Assembly (NCBI GenBank): GCA_963666345.1
Contig: OY762721.1
Span: forward strand, 4,064,001-4,128,000
Source: Desulfatiglandales bacterium
GTDB taxonomy: Bacteria; Desulfobacterota; DSM-4660; Desulfatiglandales; Desulfatiglandaceae
Length of the DNA: 64,000 nucleotides
Reading direction: 5' to 3'
Every line of letters begins with the position of its first letter. Within the stretch, counting starts at the first letter, position 1. Shown one piece after another: positions 22,069 through 32,283 of the stretch. The notes below the pieces were generated by a model. The model was not told the DNA's origin, ran no database searches, and was given only the letters and a program-made list of their open reading frames with translations. The position numbers and the translations under genes are program-made.

Positions 22069-22114
22069 AAACATCATATGTTTAAATGTATGATTAACAT
22101 AGGAAGTTGGTCAA
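22069..22114 (-). promoter_or_regulatory. Promoter of the cupin-gntR operon with operator copy 1 (15/19 match)
   Basis: Minus-strand TTGACC (22109-22114), followed 21 nt later by the operator AAACATCATATGTTTAAAT (22069-22087). Confidence 0.65.
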
Positions 22115-22252
22115 GAAATTTTTGAATATGCAATGGAATTGATTGGAAAAACAAATAAACTGCAGAATAAAGCCTCCGGTTTGCATGTCAAATTCAAACG
22201 GTATGCATAGCAGTATGAATTGTTGCAGGTCACTTGGGGGTAACTTTTTTTC

Positions 22253-22303
22253 TTGACATGGCCCCTGAATATAAACGAATATCTAAACATTAGACGTTTA
22301 GAT
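22253..22303 (+). promoter_or_regulatory. Promoter of the aldolase-ABC operon with operator copy 2
   Basis: TTGACA (22253-22258), followed 22 nt later by the inverted repeat ATCTAAAC-ATTAGAC-GTTTAGAT (22281-22303). Confidence 0.72.
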
Positions 22304-22561
22304 ATTAGCCTTGCTCAGAGGTTGCGAATGTCCTTTTTCCAGGTTACCGCTTAATCTGACTTTGTGAGATTCTCCGCATGATTTCCGTTTTTCAAAAGCT
22401 CCTATTTAATAGACTGGTTTTCACAAACAAAAGGCACCTGCTCAACCCTTTTATGAGGACTGGTGTAGTATTGGCGGAGAGGGTCAAGTATCTTGACAAA
22501 TCAAAGACGGAATAAAACTTTTGACTAATATATTTAACCTTTTGTTTAAGGAGGTAATTGG

Positions 22562-23221
22562 ATGATAAAGCATGAGCTGAAAGAAGAGGTCGCCAGGGCC
22601 ACCTGGTTATTCTGGGAAAAGGATCTTTCCCCTGGACAGGATTCCGGTGATACGAGTTTGAGAGATCCCCAGACCGGCCTTATATATATCTGCCCGAGAC
22701 CGAAGCCCGGCATACTGCATATCCCCAACTGGGGAGTGATAAAAGATGAACATATCGTGGCAATCAACCAGCAGGGGGAGGTTGTGGATGATTCAGGACT
22801 TGAGCCGACGGTTGAAGCCCCCATGCATCTTGCAATATACGAAGCAAGGCCTGAGGTAAACGCCATCGTTCATTCACACGCTGTATGGTCTTCCGCATAT
22901 GCGGTAACAGGGAAAAATATACCCCTTATCCTTGCCGAGCAATCACTGCGGCTGGGCGGAGAAGTCAGGTGTGCGGAATATGGGAAGGTGGGATCCGACG
23001 ATATCGCAAGAAACATCGTGAGAGCCCTTGAGGGGAACAAGAATGCAGCCCTGATGATGAACCATGGGGCCGTATGTCTGGGCAGAAACTTTGAAGAGGC
23101 CTTTATCGTTTCGGATTTTCTGGAAAAAGGGGCCAAAACCGCACTTTTGGGCACTGTTCTGGGAGAACTTATAACCCGAAGACCTGATGAAATTCTTGAT
23201 GATAGGCTGTTAAAAAAATAA
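22562..23221 (+). CDS. Class II aldolase/adducin family protein (FucA-like)
   Basis: PTVEAPMHLAIY..RPEVNAIVHSH, MNHG metal-binding His residues; AAGGAGG RBS. Confidence 0.9.
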   Translation: MIKHELKEEVARATWLFWEKDLSPGQDSGDTSLRDPQTGLIYICPRPKPGILHIPNWGVIKDEHIVAINQQGEVVDDSGLEPTVEAPMHLAIYEARPEVNAIVHSHAVWSSAYAVTGKNIPLILAEQSLRLGGEVRCAEYGKVGSDDIARNIVRALEGNKNAALMMNHGAVCLGRNFEEAFIVSDFLEKGAKTALLGTVLGELITRRPDEILDDRLLKK

Positions 23222-23338
23222 AAATCAGGATACAGCGGCATGTGAAAGGAGGTGAAGGGGCGTTTTTTTGAAGACTGGTCATTAAGCATGAAGGTGAGAG
23301 GGTCTCTCGCCACACAACTAACCTGAAGGAGGAACACC

Positions 23339-24787
23339 ATGAAAGGCAGATCTATTTCTTTTGCAGTTGTTTCCGTTATGGTTATGGCGCTGGTTTCAAT
23401 CGGCTTTGGCTCCAGTGCTGATGCGGCAAAAAAACCTTGGGAAAAGATAAATTGGGACAAACCCGCTCCGGCCGCTGAAAGGCTTTCAGCCGATGAGTAT
23501 GTCCTGCCTGAAGGATGGCAGGAGGCTACCAAGGGGGTAAAGAAGATTCTCCATTTTAATGCCGGCGGTATGAAGCATGATCCCGGTACACTGGCCAATT
23601 TTGAGCTTTTCGAAAAACTGACAGGCATAAAGGTCGAATATGTAGAGGTATCAGACCAGGTGCTGCTTCAGAAGACCATCAGTGCGCTGGTAAGCCGTGA
23701 CCCGAATGTCACAAGCATGTGTGTGTCAGAACCTGCCTTTACGCTTCAGCATCTTATTGCCGCAGGCTGGCTGGAAAAATGGGACAGCGTCTGGAGTAAA
23801 GGGGTGAGGGCTTCCTATCCTGCGGGTCTGGTCGATCTCATGAAAGGTCCCGACGGACATTACTACGGCACCGTGGACACCTATAAGTCGGGCGTGTCCT
23901 ACCTGAGACCTTCCTGGTTAAAGGCTGCAGGCGTGGAAGGAATTCCTGAGACCTGGGATGGATATATCGCTGCGGCAAAGAAATGCAGAGAGTGGGCCAA
24001 AAAAAACCTGGACCAGACTTATTACGGATTCGGTTTCGGCGCGGATCATTATTTCCTTCAGAAGCTCCAGGGGATGACCTATTCACAGGGCGGCAGATTG
24101 ATAAAGGACGGCAAGATCAAGCTTCTGACCCCCGAGTTCAAGAATACATGGAGGACCTATGTAAACTTTGTACTGGAGGAGACATCGCCCAAGGCGGTAC
24201 TTGGATGGACATGGAACGACTATCAGCAGGCCTTTGCCATGGGTAAGATGGCCATAATCACCGAGGCCTTGAATACTAACATGGTGCGTTTTTCAAATCC
24301 TGAAAAATCCCCCGGTCTGACAAAGTTGGCGACCGGCGGCAAGGCTGCGGCCCCGGGTGACTGGACCGCTATGCCGTCACCCAAATGGAACAAGGATATG
24401 CCCGATAAGTATACCGGAGCGGCTCCTGCCAATTTCTCAACCTTTATCATAAACAGATTCGCTCCTGACAATGCCAAGGCGGCTGCCATGCTCCTGGGTG
24501 AAGTAAGGATGAGCAAGCAGGGCGGAAAAAACGAGCTCCTTATCGAAGGTAATTCACCTTTCAATCCCGCCGTATGGAATGATAAGACCGTTATGGCAAA
24601 GGTCGCACATATAGATGTGAGAAAGACCGCAAACAAGAATGCCGTGATGGAGGTCTTTCCTCCAGGTGGTGAAAAGGCGATGGATATTCTGCTTGAGTAC
24701 TACGGCAAGGCCGCAACAGGCAAGATGGATGCCATGAAAGCACTGGAAGCCGCTCAGAAAGAGATTGACGCCTTTCAGTCATATTAA
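23339..24787 (+). CDS. Carbohydrate (CUT1) ABC transporter substrate-binding protein
   Basis: Sec signal peptide; FEKLTGIKVEY, PETWDGY, FAMGKMA; followed by two sugar-type permeases. Confidence 0.85.
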   Translation: MKGRSISFAVVSVMVMALVSIGFGSSADAAKKPWEKINWDKPAPAAERLSADEYVLPEGWQEATKGVKKILHFNAGGMKHDPGTLANFELFEKLTGIKVEYVEVSDQVLLQKTISALVSRDPNVTSMCVSEPAFTLQHLIAAGWLEKWDSVWSKGVRASYPAGLVDLMKGPDGHYYGTVDTYKSGVSYLRPSWLKAAGVEGIPETWDGYIAAAKKCREWAKKNLDQTYYGFGFGADHYFLQKLQGMTYSQGGRLIKDGKIKLLTPEFKNTWRTYVNFVLEETSPKAVLGWTWNDYQQAFAMGKMAIITEALNTNMVRFSNPEKSPGLTKLATGGKAAAPGDWTAMPSPKWNKDMPDKYTGAAPANFSTFIINRFAPDNAKAAAMLLGEVRMSKQGGKNELLIEGNSPFNPAVWNDKTVMAKVAHIDVRKTANKNAVMEVFPPGGEKAMDILLEYYGKAATGKMDAMKALEAAQKEIDAFQSY

Positions 24788-24799
24788 CAGATTATAAAT

Positions 24800-24825
24800 C
24801 GGCCGGGGCCTTCAGTCTCCGGCCG
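24800..24825 (+). terminator. GC-rich hairpin after the SBP gene
   Basis: CGGCCGG ... CCGGCCG stem. Confidence 0.4.
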
Positions 24826-25045
24826 GTCTTAAAACAGAAACCTATCTGGCGCTTATTCGGAAATGCCAAGTTCCGGATTCCTGTCATCGGTAAATCGGGC
24901 CTCGGCTGTCAGCAAAAACGAAGATAAAAAAAGCATTAAACTGGATGTTGACGGCTGAGTGCTCCATCCGGAAATCTCCGAATACCGGATGGAAATAATT
25001 AATGGTTTCCGGTTCAAACATTCCTACCCGGTAAGAGGCTTATTC

Positions 25046-25918
25046 ATGAGGGTATCAAACAGCAAGTTCGGTATGATGTTATCTTTGCCCGGAGCATTTG
25101 TGCTTTTTTTGTGGGTCGTAGTTCCGCTGGGCATACTTGTGGTAACAAGCTTTCTGCGCTATGATAATATACATCCTGTTGTTTTTGGGGGGCTTAAGAA
25201 TTATGAATATGTGTTCAATCATAGGATATTCTGGCTCAGTTTTAAAAACACGGTCATCTTCTGCGCCGGCGTCACCTCATTATCTTTGGTGGTGAGCCTT
25301 GTGCTTGCCCACTCGCTTTCCCGTATAAACAGATTCGCCAGCATTTTCAGGTCTCTGTCAATGTTTCCCTGGGCCGTGCCGATGGTGGTTTCCGGCTTCA
25401 TGTGGGCCCAGATGTTCAATCCTTCCTTCGGCGTGATAAATGATTTCCTTCTTCGAACAGGAATTATTTCCAAACCGATGGATATATTCGGAAATCCAGC
25501 CCTTGCGATGATCGGGGTCATTTTCGCTGACGCCTGGACCCGAATTCCATTTATGACCATAATAATACTTGCAGGGCTTGAAAGCATCGACCCGAGCCTT
25601 TATGAGGCGGCACGTGTAGACGGAGCCGACTCCATACAGATTTTCAGGCGCATATCCCTTCCTCTCAATAAAAAGGCGATCATGACAGGGGTCATAATAA
25701 CGACAATATTTTCGTTTAGAACCATTGATACGATATTTTCAATGACATTCGGCGGTCCTGCAAAGGGGACCTATACGTTCGGATTCTATATCCTTGACAA
25801 CATATATCGTTTCTTTAATTTCGGCGTGGCAGGAGCGATGAGTATTATTCTTCTTATACTGCTGCTTATAATCGGCAGTGTGTTCATATATCAAACACTT
25901 CGCATAGAAGAACGATAA
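25046..25918 (+). CDS. Carbohydrate ABC transporter permease (MalF-like)
   Basis: GLKNY, PWAVP, LAGLESIDPSLYEAARVDGA; start at MRVS behind AAGAGG. Confidence 0.92.
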   Translation: MRVSNSKFGMMLSLPGAFVLFLWVVVPLGILVVTSFLRYDNIHPVVFGGLKNYEYVFNHRIFWLSFKNTVIFCAGVTSLSLVVSLVLAHSLSRINRFASIFRSLSMFPWAVPMVVSGFMWAQMFNPSFGVINDFLLRTGIISKPMDIFGNPALAMIGVIFADAWTRIPFMTIIILAGLESIDPSLYEAARVDGADSIQIFRRISLPLNKKAIMTGVIITTIFSFRTIDTIFSMTFGGPAKGTYTFGFYILDNIYRFFNFGVAGAMSIILLILLLIIGSVFIYQTLRIEER

Positions 25919-25931
25919 CGGGGTTTTAAAA

Positions 25932-26774
25932 GTGAGACAGTTTATATGCAGAATAATTGATCATAAGGCTACGCCATATGTGGTGCTGAGCGTACTTCTT
26001 TTCATCATCCTGATTCCGATAGGCTGGACTCTGTTGACATCCCTTAAGAGCCTGAAGGAGGCCTTTCAGACCCCGCCCACATATTTCCCCGACAAATTGA
26101 CCCTTGAGGCTTACAGAAAGGTGCTGACGGAGACTCCGGTTCCCAGGTATGTGCTTAATTCACTCATATATGCACTGGCAACCGCGGCTTTTGTTCTGTC
26201 GGCAGGGACATTTGCGGCCTACGGACTCAGTAAATACCCTTACAGGGGAAGCAATACCATCCTGATATCCTTTCTCGTAACCAGGATACTTCCTCCTCTG
26301 AGTCTTCTGCTGCCCTTCTACATGATCTTCAGATATTTTGGGATGATCGACACAAAGATAAGCGTCATTGTTTTCACAATATATCTGTCATACCCTCTTG
26401 CGGTATGGATATTGAAATCATTCTTCGATACTTATCCAACCGATCTTATGGAAGCCGGCTTGATTGACGGGTGCAGCAGGATAGGCGTGCTGTTCAGGAT
26501 TGTGCTTCCGGGGGTGGCAAGTGGTATTGCGGCCGTTGCGATTATCACCTTCCTGTGGACATGGCAGGAGTTCCTGGCACCCTATCTCTTCCTGAACAGT
26601 GATCTGCATAAGCCTATAACGGTCGGTGTTTATTATTTTGTGGGGGATGAATTGACTTACTGGAACACAATATCCGCCGCGGCGATGCTTGCAAGTGTTC
26701 CCGGCATACTGTTTTTCCTGATCGCGCAGAAATACATCGTAAAAGGCCTTACCTCCGGAGGGGTGAAAGAATAG
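25932..26774 (+). CDS. Carbohydrate ABC transporter permease (MalG-like)
   Basis: TSLK, EAGLIDGCS, WQEFL, QKYIVKGLTSGGVKE. Confidence 0.92.
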   Translation: MRQFICRIIDHKATPYVVLSVLLFIILIPIGWTLLTSLKSLKEAFQTPPTYFPDKLTLEAYRKVLTETPVPRYVLNSLIYALATAAFVLSAGTFAAYGLSKYPYRGSNTILISFLVTRILPPLSLLLPFYMIFRYFGMIDTKISVIVFTIYLSYPLAVWILKSFFDTYPTDLMEAGLIDGCSRIGVLFRIVLPGVASGIAAVAIITFLWTWQEFLAPYLFLNSDLHKPITVGVYYFVGDELTYWNTISAAAMLASVPGILFFLIAQKYIVKGLTSGGVKE

Positions 26775-26854
26775 AAAAAGGGTTCGGGGAGTCTCTCCGA
26801 ATGAAATAAAATTACACAGGCCCCCTGAACCCTCAACTTTATTAAACCTCGCTC

Positions 26855-28105
26855 TTATGTCTTTCCACACCAGTCAAGAATAAATGCCGCATATTCCGCG
26901 GCCGTGACAAGGATATCCGATATCTCCGCATGCTCATTTTTCGAATGAGACTGGTGACTGTTTTTGCCTCCATATATGATACTAGGCATTCCCCCCTGAT
27001 TGAAGTAATACCTCGCATCGCAGGTGGCCATCATTCCGAGCACCTCCGGTTTCCTTCCGAAATTATCCAGGGTTTTCAGAAGGGCGGCGGTGAAGGGATG
27101 TCCCTGAGGCATTTCAAAGGGGTCGTTTTTTATTCCCTCAAATCTGATTTTCACATGGTCCTTTATCCATGGATCATTAATTGAATAAATCACCTCTTTA
27201 AGCTCATTTTCGACCTGGCCCATGGTTCGGTTCGGAAGGAATCCAACTCCTCCTTCCATTGTGACGAGATCCGGGACGATTGAAAAGAAGTCTCCCCCCT
27301 TTATTATCCCCACATTTACCTGGCCCGGATATTCGAAGCCGTCAAAAAGAGGGTATCCTTTTCCTTCTTCAATAAGACGATCTTCATAATTGACAAGGGC
27401 CTCGACTATCTTGGATGCCTTCTCAACGGCATTCACGCCGTAGCGCTTGTTTCCCAGGTGGGCCTGCTTGCCTTCGACTTCAATGATGAATTGAAGTGCC
27501 CCTCTGTTGGCTATATATACATTATGATCAGTGGGTTCGAGGACCAAAACGGCATCAGCACGAAAGCCTTCCCTCACAAAGGCCAGGGCTCCCGCCATAC
27601 CGACTTCCTCTTCGTTAGTCAGATGAACTTCGATATCGCCTTTAAGTGATATACCCATATCCTCAAGTGCTTTTAAGGCCAGGAACATGGATGTTATTGC
27701 CGCCTTGTCGTCAACGGATCCGCGCCCATAGAGCCGATCTCCTTCTATCCTCGGGGTAAAGGCATCCTGCCAGTCGCCCGGACCGACCACATCTGCGTGA
27801 GCACAGGTTATAAGGCTTTTCCCCCCCCCCTGACCCCTGAGGAAATATCTGGTTTGAGGACGACCTTCAAACGGGACCGAGATGCCGGATGCAAATTCGG
27901 GATCGGTTCTGAGCTCATCCCGCATCGGGATGAGGGATGCCTCGCCTTTAAGAGATGAAAAGATTTCATGAAGCTTTTTCTGAATTTCTCCCTCCTGGCC
28001 GGATACGCTCGGGATCGATACAAGGGTCGAAAGCAGTTGAGCCGCCTCACCGCTCTTATTTTCAATGAGAGTCCTGATGTGTTTTATAGTTGTTTCATTC
28101 GGCAT
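26855..28105 (-). CDS. M20 family metallo-deacylase (ArgE/DapE-like)
   Basis: AHADVV, GRGSVDDK, EEEVG, VLEPT, QSHSKNE; start at MPNE behind AGGAGG. Confidence 0.9.
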   Translation of the reverse strand: MPNETTIKHIRTLIENKSGEAAQLLSTLVSIPSVSGQEGEIQKKLHEIFSSLKGEASLIPMRDELRTDPEFASGISVPFEGRPQTRYFLRGQGGGKSLITCAHADVVGPGDWQDAFTPRIEGDRLYGRGSVDDKAAITSMFLALKALEDMGISLKGDIEVHLTNEEEVGMAGALAFVREGFRADAVLVLEPTDHNVYIANRGALQFIIEVEGKQAHLGNKRYGVNAVEKASKIVEALVNYEDRLIEEGKGYPLFDGFEYPGQVNVGIIKGGDFFSIVPDLVTMEGGVGFLPNRTMGQVENELKEVIYSINDPWIKDHVKIRFEGIKNDPFEMPQGHPFTAALLKTLDNFGRKPEVLGMMATCDARYYFNQGGMPSIIYGGKNSHQSHSKNEHAEISDILVTAAEYAAFILDWCGKT

Positions 28106-28288
28106 TGGTTGATTCCTCCTGGTGGTTGGATACCACAAAAATTGGATCAATAAAAGATTCGAGTCGAAAAGATGAAGTTAAGCCTAGGTGTCATGCCCAG
28201 CATGACCGCTTGCCGGGCTCCGGAACATGATCACTCTGCAAAAGGCCGGAGTCAATCAACCGGATACCTGGTAAATTTTAAATGGATA

Positions 28289-29107
28289 TCAGAGAAGGGG
28301 ACGCAGCGCCTTTGAGGTCATTTCGATGGCACTGTACTGGTCGGGCTCCTGAAAAACCTCGGCAGAAACATACCCGTCATAGCCGGTATCTTTGATGAGA
28401 TCCATTATCATGGGGAAATCGAATACTCCCATGCCGGGCGGGCATCTGTTGGAATCACAGAGATGTATGTGTTCCAGATAGGGTGAGGCCTTTGAAAAGC
28501 CCTCTTCCATGGATTCGTCCTCAAGATTCATATGGAACAGGTCGGTCATCAATCTGAAGTTTTCACTGCCCACCCTTTTGACGACGTCGACTCCTTCTTG
28601 AGTTGAAGTTATGCAGTTGGTGTAGACATGGGTGGCCGGTTCAAGCACAAGGATAACATCCTTTTCCTCGGCAAATTCGGATATCCTTGCAAAGGCGCTG
28701 TACATCCATTCTTCCGAAATTTCTTTAGGAATATGGCTGTAATATTTCCCTCTCAGCCTGCCTATATTAACCTTCGCTCCAAAAACAGCTGCAAGTCGGA
28801 TGACTGCTCTTGTCCTGCTAAGTGCCTCTAAGCGTATATCCTCGACCGGGTCCATGAAGGAGATACGATCGCGACCATATATTTCCCCGGTACATATAAC
28901 GGGAATCTCTATGCCGAAGGAGCGGGACAGTCTTTCTATTTCATCGAGATTCAGTTCTGAAGGATCCCTAACCATCATCTCCATGCCGTCGAAATCATGT
29001 TTTTTCAACAGTGAAAATGACTCCGAGAAATTACCCTGAAATACCATCCCACCTTCAGGAACCTTCAGATCGGGAGTAGCGACCACATAAGCTAATTTAA
29101 GCGGCAT
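28289..29107 (-). CDS. Sugar isomerase/epimerase of the xylose-isomerase-like TIM barrel family (D-tagatose 3-epimerase/IolO-like)
   Basis: LEP, DLFHMNLE, HIHLCDSNR.PPG.G, SAE metal ligands. Confidence 0.85.
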   Translation of the reverse strand: MPLKLAYVVATPDLKVPEGGMVFQGNFSESFSLLKKHDFDGMEMMVRDPSELNLDEIERLSRSFGIEIPVICTGEIYGRDRISFMDPVEDIRLEALSRTRAVIRLAAVFGAKVNIGRLRGKYYSHIPKEISEEWMYSAFARISEFAEEKDVILVLEPATHVYTNCITSTQEGVDVVKRVGSENFRLMTDLFHMNLEDESMEEGFSKASPYLEHIHLCDSNRCPPGMGVFDFPMIMDLIKDTGYDGYVSAEVFQEPDQYSAIEMTSKALRPLL

Positions 29108-29132
29108 TAATATGTCTCCTAGGGCACAGTAC

Positions 29133-30230
29133 TCAGTAGATTTTTTCCGTTTCTTTGTCGAACAGGTGAATCTTGTTAGTATTTACAAGGAATGTAATAT
29201 CGTGGTGTACCCTTGCCTTTGTTAGGGGATCGACCGAGGCAACGACAGAGCTTTTCCCGCATATCGAACGGAGAACGACCTGAGAACCCATCGGTTCGTA
29301 TACCTCTATTTTTGCACGCATTTCTTCTGCTCCTGGAAAAGGCTCTTTCAACTCCCCGTCAAAGATATGCTCGGGCCGGATGCCGAGGATGACTTCCCTT
29401 CCCAGTGCCTTCATATACCTGGCCCGAAGCTCTTGAGGCACGGTAAACCTGAATCCGACACCGGTAACGTAAAGGATATCGTTTTCCTTCTCGACCCCGG
29501 CATCAAGAAAATTCATTGCAGGACTTCCGATGAATCCTGCAACAAAAAGGTTGTCAGGATTGTTGTAGACTTCAAGCGGAGGGCCTTCCTGCATGATTTC
29601 ACCCTGATCCATTATCACGATTCTATCGGCAAGGGTCATTGCCTCAACCTGGTCATGGGTCACATAAACGCTTGTAGTCTGCAGTCGTTCATGCAGTTTT
29701 GCGAGTTCACCTCGCATCTGAACCCTCAATTTTGCGTCCAGGTTGCTCAAAGGTTCGTCAAAGAGGAAGACCTTCGGTTTTCTCACTATGGCCCTTCCGA
29801 TTGCGACTCGCTGGCGCTGGCCTCCGGAAAGCTCCTTGGGTTTTCTTTTCAAAAGTCCGTCAAGTTCCAGTATCCCCGCAGTGTCATCGATGCGGGATTC
29901 TATGTCATCCTTCGGCAACTTCTGCAGGCTCAGCCCGAAACTCATGTTCTTATATACGTTCATATGAGGGTAGAGGGCATAATTTTGAAAAACCATGGCG
30001 ATATCACGATCTCTCGGGCTCATCTGGGTGACGTTTTTGTCTCCGATATAAATATCACCACCCGTGAGCTGTTCAAGTCCCGCGATCATTCTGAGCGTGG
30101 TGGATTTACCGCAGCCTGAAGGCCCTACGAGGGCGATAAATTCCTTGTCTGCTGCGGTAAGCGTGACATTTTTTACGGCCGTTACATCACCGAATTTTTT
30201 TGTTATATTTACAAGCCTTATCTCTGCCAT
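29133..30230 (-). CDS. Carbohydrate ABC transporter ATPase (MalK/UgpC-like)
   Basis: GPSGCGKSTTLRMIAG, VFQNYALYPH, LSGGQRQRVA, FDEPLSNLDA, GFIGSPAMN, TOBE domain. Confidence 0.95.
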   Translation of the reverse strand: MAEIRLVNITKKFGDVTAVKNVTLTAADKEFIALVGPSGCGKSTTLRMIAGLEQLTGGDIYIGDKNVTQMSPRDRDIAMVFQNYALYPHMNVYKNMSFGLSLQKLPKDDIESRIDDTAGILELDGLLKRKPKELSGGQRQRVAIGRAIVRKPKVFLFDEPLSNLDAKLRVQMRGELAKLHERLQTTSVYVTHDQVEAMTLADRIVIMDQGEIMQEGPPLEVYNNPDNLFVAGFIGSPAMNFLDAGVEKENDILYVTGVGFRFTVPQELRARYMKALGREVILGIRPEHIFDGELKEPFPGAEEMRAKIEVYEPMGSQVVLRSICGKSSVVASVDPLTKARVHHDITFLVNTNKIHLFDKETEKIY

Positions 30231-30282
30231 TCCCTAAATCCCCCGTACAAACCTGATAAGTGAAAAGATTTTAGTGGTATTT

Positions 30283-31467
30283 TTAATACCAGCCGAATTC
30301 GTCAACGGCCTCGAAAAAGGCGACTACATTTTCCCATGGCACATCCGGCTGAAGCGCATGGGTAGGTGCTATGAACAGGCCTCCACCTTCACCGAGGACC
30401 TCTATGACTTCTCTTACCTTGTCTCTTACCTCGGAAGTTGTGCCGAACGGCATGGTGGTCTGAATCCCTATGCCGCCCCAAAAAGAAAGATCAGCACCAT
30501 GACGTTTTTTAACGCCCGCGAGATCAACACATTCGGGTTGAACAGGATTCAAGACATCAATGCCCATATCGATAAAATCATCGATAAGGGGTGTTATGCT
30601 GCCGTCGGAATGAAAGAATATGATGACTTCTGGATTGATCTGTTTCGCGGAATCGATGATCCTTGCAAGACGTGGCTTGACCAGATCTCGAAAAGTCGAT
30701 GGAGACATCATGAGAGACTGCTGAGTCCCGAAGTCGTCTCCCAGACGGATAATATCCACCCCTGCTTCAGCATAACGGGCAGCCATACGGCATCTTATCT
30801 CAGTAATCCTTTCAAGTAAATATTCGGCAAATGGTGTGTTGATCAAAAAATCCATAAGAAGGGTATCCATCCCCCTCATCTCCCATGCCAGTTCAAAAAG
30901 GGTTTGCTGGAGAAAGCCTGCCGCGGCAAGGCCGTCCTCATGAATGAGATCGACCATCAGATCCAGATCTTTATGGGCTTCAGGTTCCATCGGGTCGGGA
31001 AATGGAAAGGCCTTTAATTCCTGGACGCTGTTCATGCCTTTGAGTGGGGCCACTCTTTTGGTATAATGATGGGTGGAGCCGGGGACAAAGGCCACTCCCC
31101 ATTCATTTATTTGCGTGCCCTCGGGAAGGGCCCCATGAAATCTTGAAAAATCGGGAGGAGAAGAGGGCGATCGGAAAGAAACGTGGCGGAGCTCCCAACC
31201 GAAATATTCATCGGGCGTAAGAAAGGGGGGCCTGACCTCATGAATGAAACCGGATGGTACTCCAAATGGCCCCAGATGCTCCTCCGGTATTCCCGCCCCC
31301 ACATTGTCGTTAAAGGTCTTCATCATCGGGGGAGTGAAACGGGAACAAGCTGGTACCCTGTCGGGGCCGGTTCGCCTGATGGCCCTTATTACCCTCTCCC
31401 TCGGGGACATCCTCGGTCTTTTCCCCGATTTGTATTCATGGTTCTTTTGTGTTGCTTTTTCCGTCAT
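30283..31467 (-). CDS. Uroporphyrinogen decarboxylase-fold protein (UroD/MtaA-CmuA superfamily), function unknown
   Basis: MSPRERV..A..PDRVP, EWG, GDDFGTQ, FFHSDG, LNPVQP, FWGGI..Q, APTHALQPDVPWEN; start uncertain (31410-31587). Confidence 0.85.
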   Translation of the reverse strand: MTEKATQKNHEYKSGKRPRMSPRERVIRAIRRTGPDRVPACSRFTPPMMKTFNDNVGAGIPEEHLGPFGVPSGFIHEVRPPFLTPDEYFGWELRHVSFRSPSSPPDFSRFHGALPEGTQINEWGVAFVPGSTHHYTKRVAPLKGMNSVQELKAFPFPDPMEPEAHKDLDLMVDLIHEDGLAAAGFLQQTLFELAWEMRGMDTLLMDFLINTPFAEYLLERITEIRCRMAARYAEAGVDIIRLGDDFGTQQSLMMSPSTFRDLVKPRLARIIDSAKQINPEVIIFFHSDGSITPLIDDFIDMGIDVLNPVQPECVDLAGVKKRHGADLSFWGGIGIQTTMPFGTTSEVRDKVREVIEVLGEGGGLFIAPTHALQPDVPWENVVAFFEAVDEFGWY

Positions 31468-31546
31468 CGTCGGCAATTGTTCCTTATATGTGTCGTCCCT
31501 GTCAGACAAATCATCCATTGTTTTGAAGGCACCTGTTTCATGAGAT

Positions 31547-32233
31547 TTAATCGGGAAGCCCGTTTTTTTGAATCCAGTCCCAGGCATCCATCATGTTTTC
31601 CTTGAATCCCGCCTTCGGTATAAACTTTTTGTCGAAAAAGGCCGTTCCGATCGTAAAACCCCAGGCCCCGGCATCCCTTACCTGAGCGATCCTTTCGTAG
31701 GAATCTATACTTCCCGCCGATACCACGGGGACATTAGTGGTGGCTTTTACAACCTCTTTTAGAAGTGCTACCGCATCACCGGTGTACCGGTAGGTGAGAA
31801 GATCAAACCCGTCAACTCCTTTTGCCTCCAGCCTCTTTGTTTGCTCAACCGTTTCTTCGATCGTTCCGTCAAGTATGCTGGGGTGACCATGGACATTGCC
31901 GATAAATGGGAAATATTTTACAGGGGTGTCTTTTAGAAAATCGTTGATGGAATCAAAAAAAACAGTGCCCATAAGGATATCAAACCCGCATTCAACTGCA
32001 AGCTTTGCCCCTGCAAGCCCTTCTTCCTCCGAGAGGCTTACGATTTCCAGGTTTGTAGTTTTCCCAGCGTCATTCATCATTGTGACAAGCCGTTTCATGT
32101 CGTTTTTGGGAAGTCCTACGTCCTTGAATCCCCATTGGGTTACGGGGGTATCCTCGAGTCCTTCGAACAGCTCAATAGCGTTTTCCACGGTCTGATCATT
32201 GTAGGTCAGCATTACAATCAATTCAGGTTTCAT
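31547..32233 (-). CDS. Uncharacterised TIM-barrel protein with a C-terminal phosphate-binding signature
   Basis: IVMLTYNDQTV, GFKDVG, GHPSILDG, DLLTYRY, SAGSIDS, FTIGTAFF; GGAG RBS; lies in the kinase operon. Confidence 0.7.
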   Translation of the reverse strand: MKPELIVMLTYNDQTVENAIELFEGLEDTPVTQWGFKDVGLPKNDMKRLVTMMNDAGKTTNLEIVSLSEEEGLAGAKLAVECGFDILMGTVFFDSINDFLKDTPVKYFPFIGNVHGHPSILDGTIEETVEQTKRLEAKGVDGFDLLTYRYTGDAVALLKEVVKATTNVPVVSAGSIDSYERIAQVRDAGAWGFTIGTAFFDKKFIPKAGFKENMMDAWDWIQKNGLPD

Positions 32234-32283
32234 TTCATTTCTCCAGTTTATTTAAGTAAGATTTAAAATTGTTTTCCCATGCC

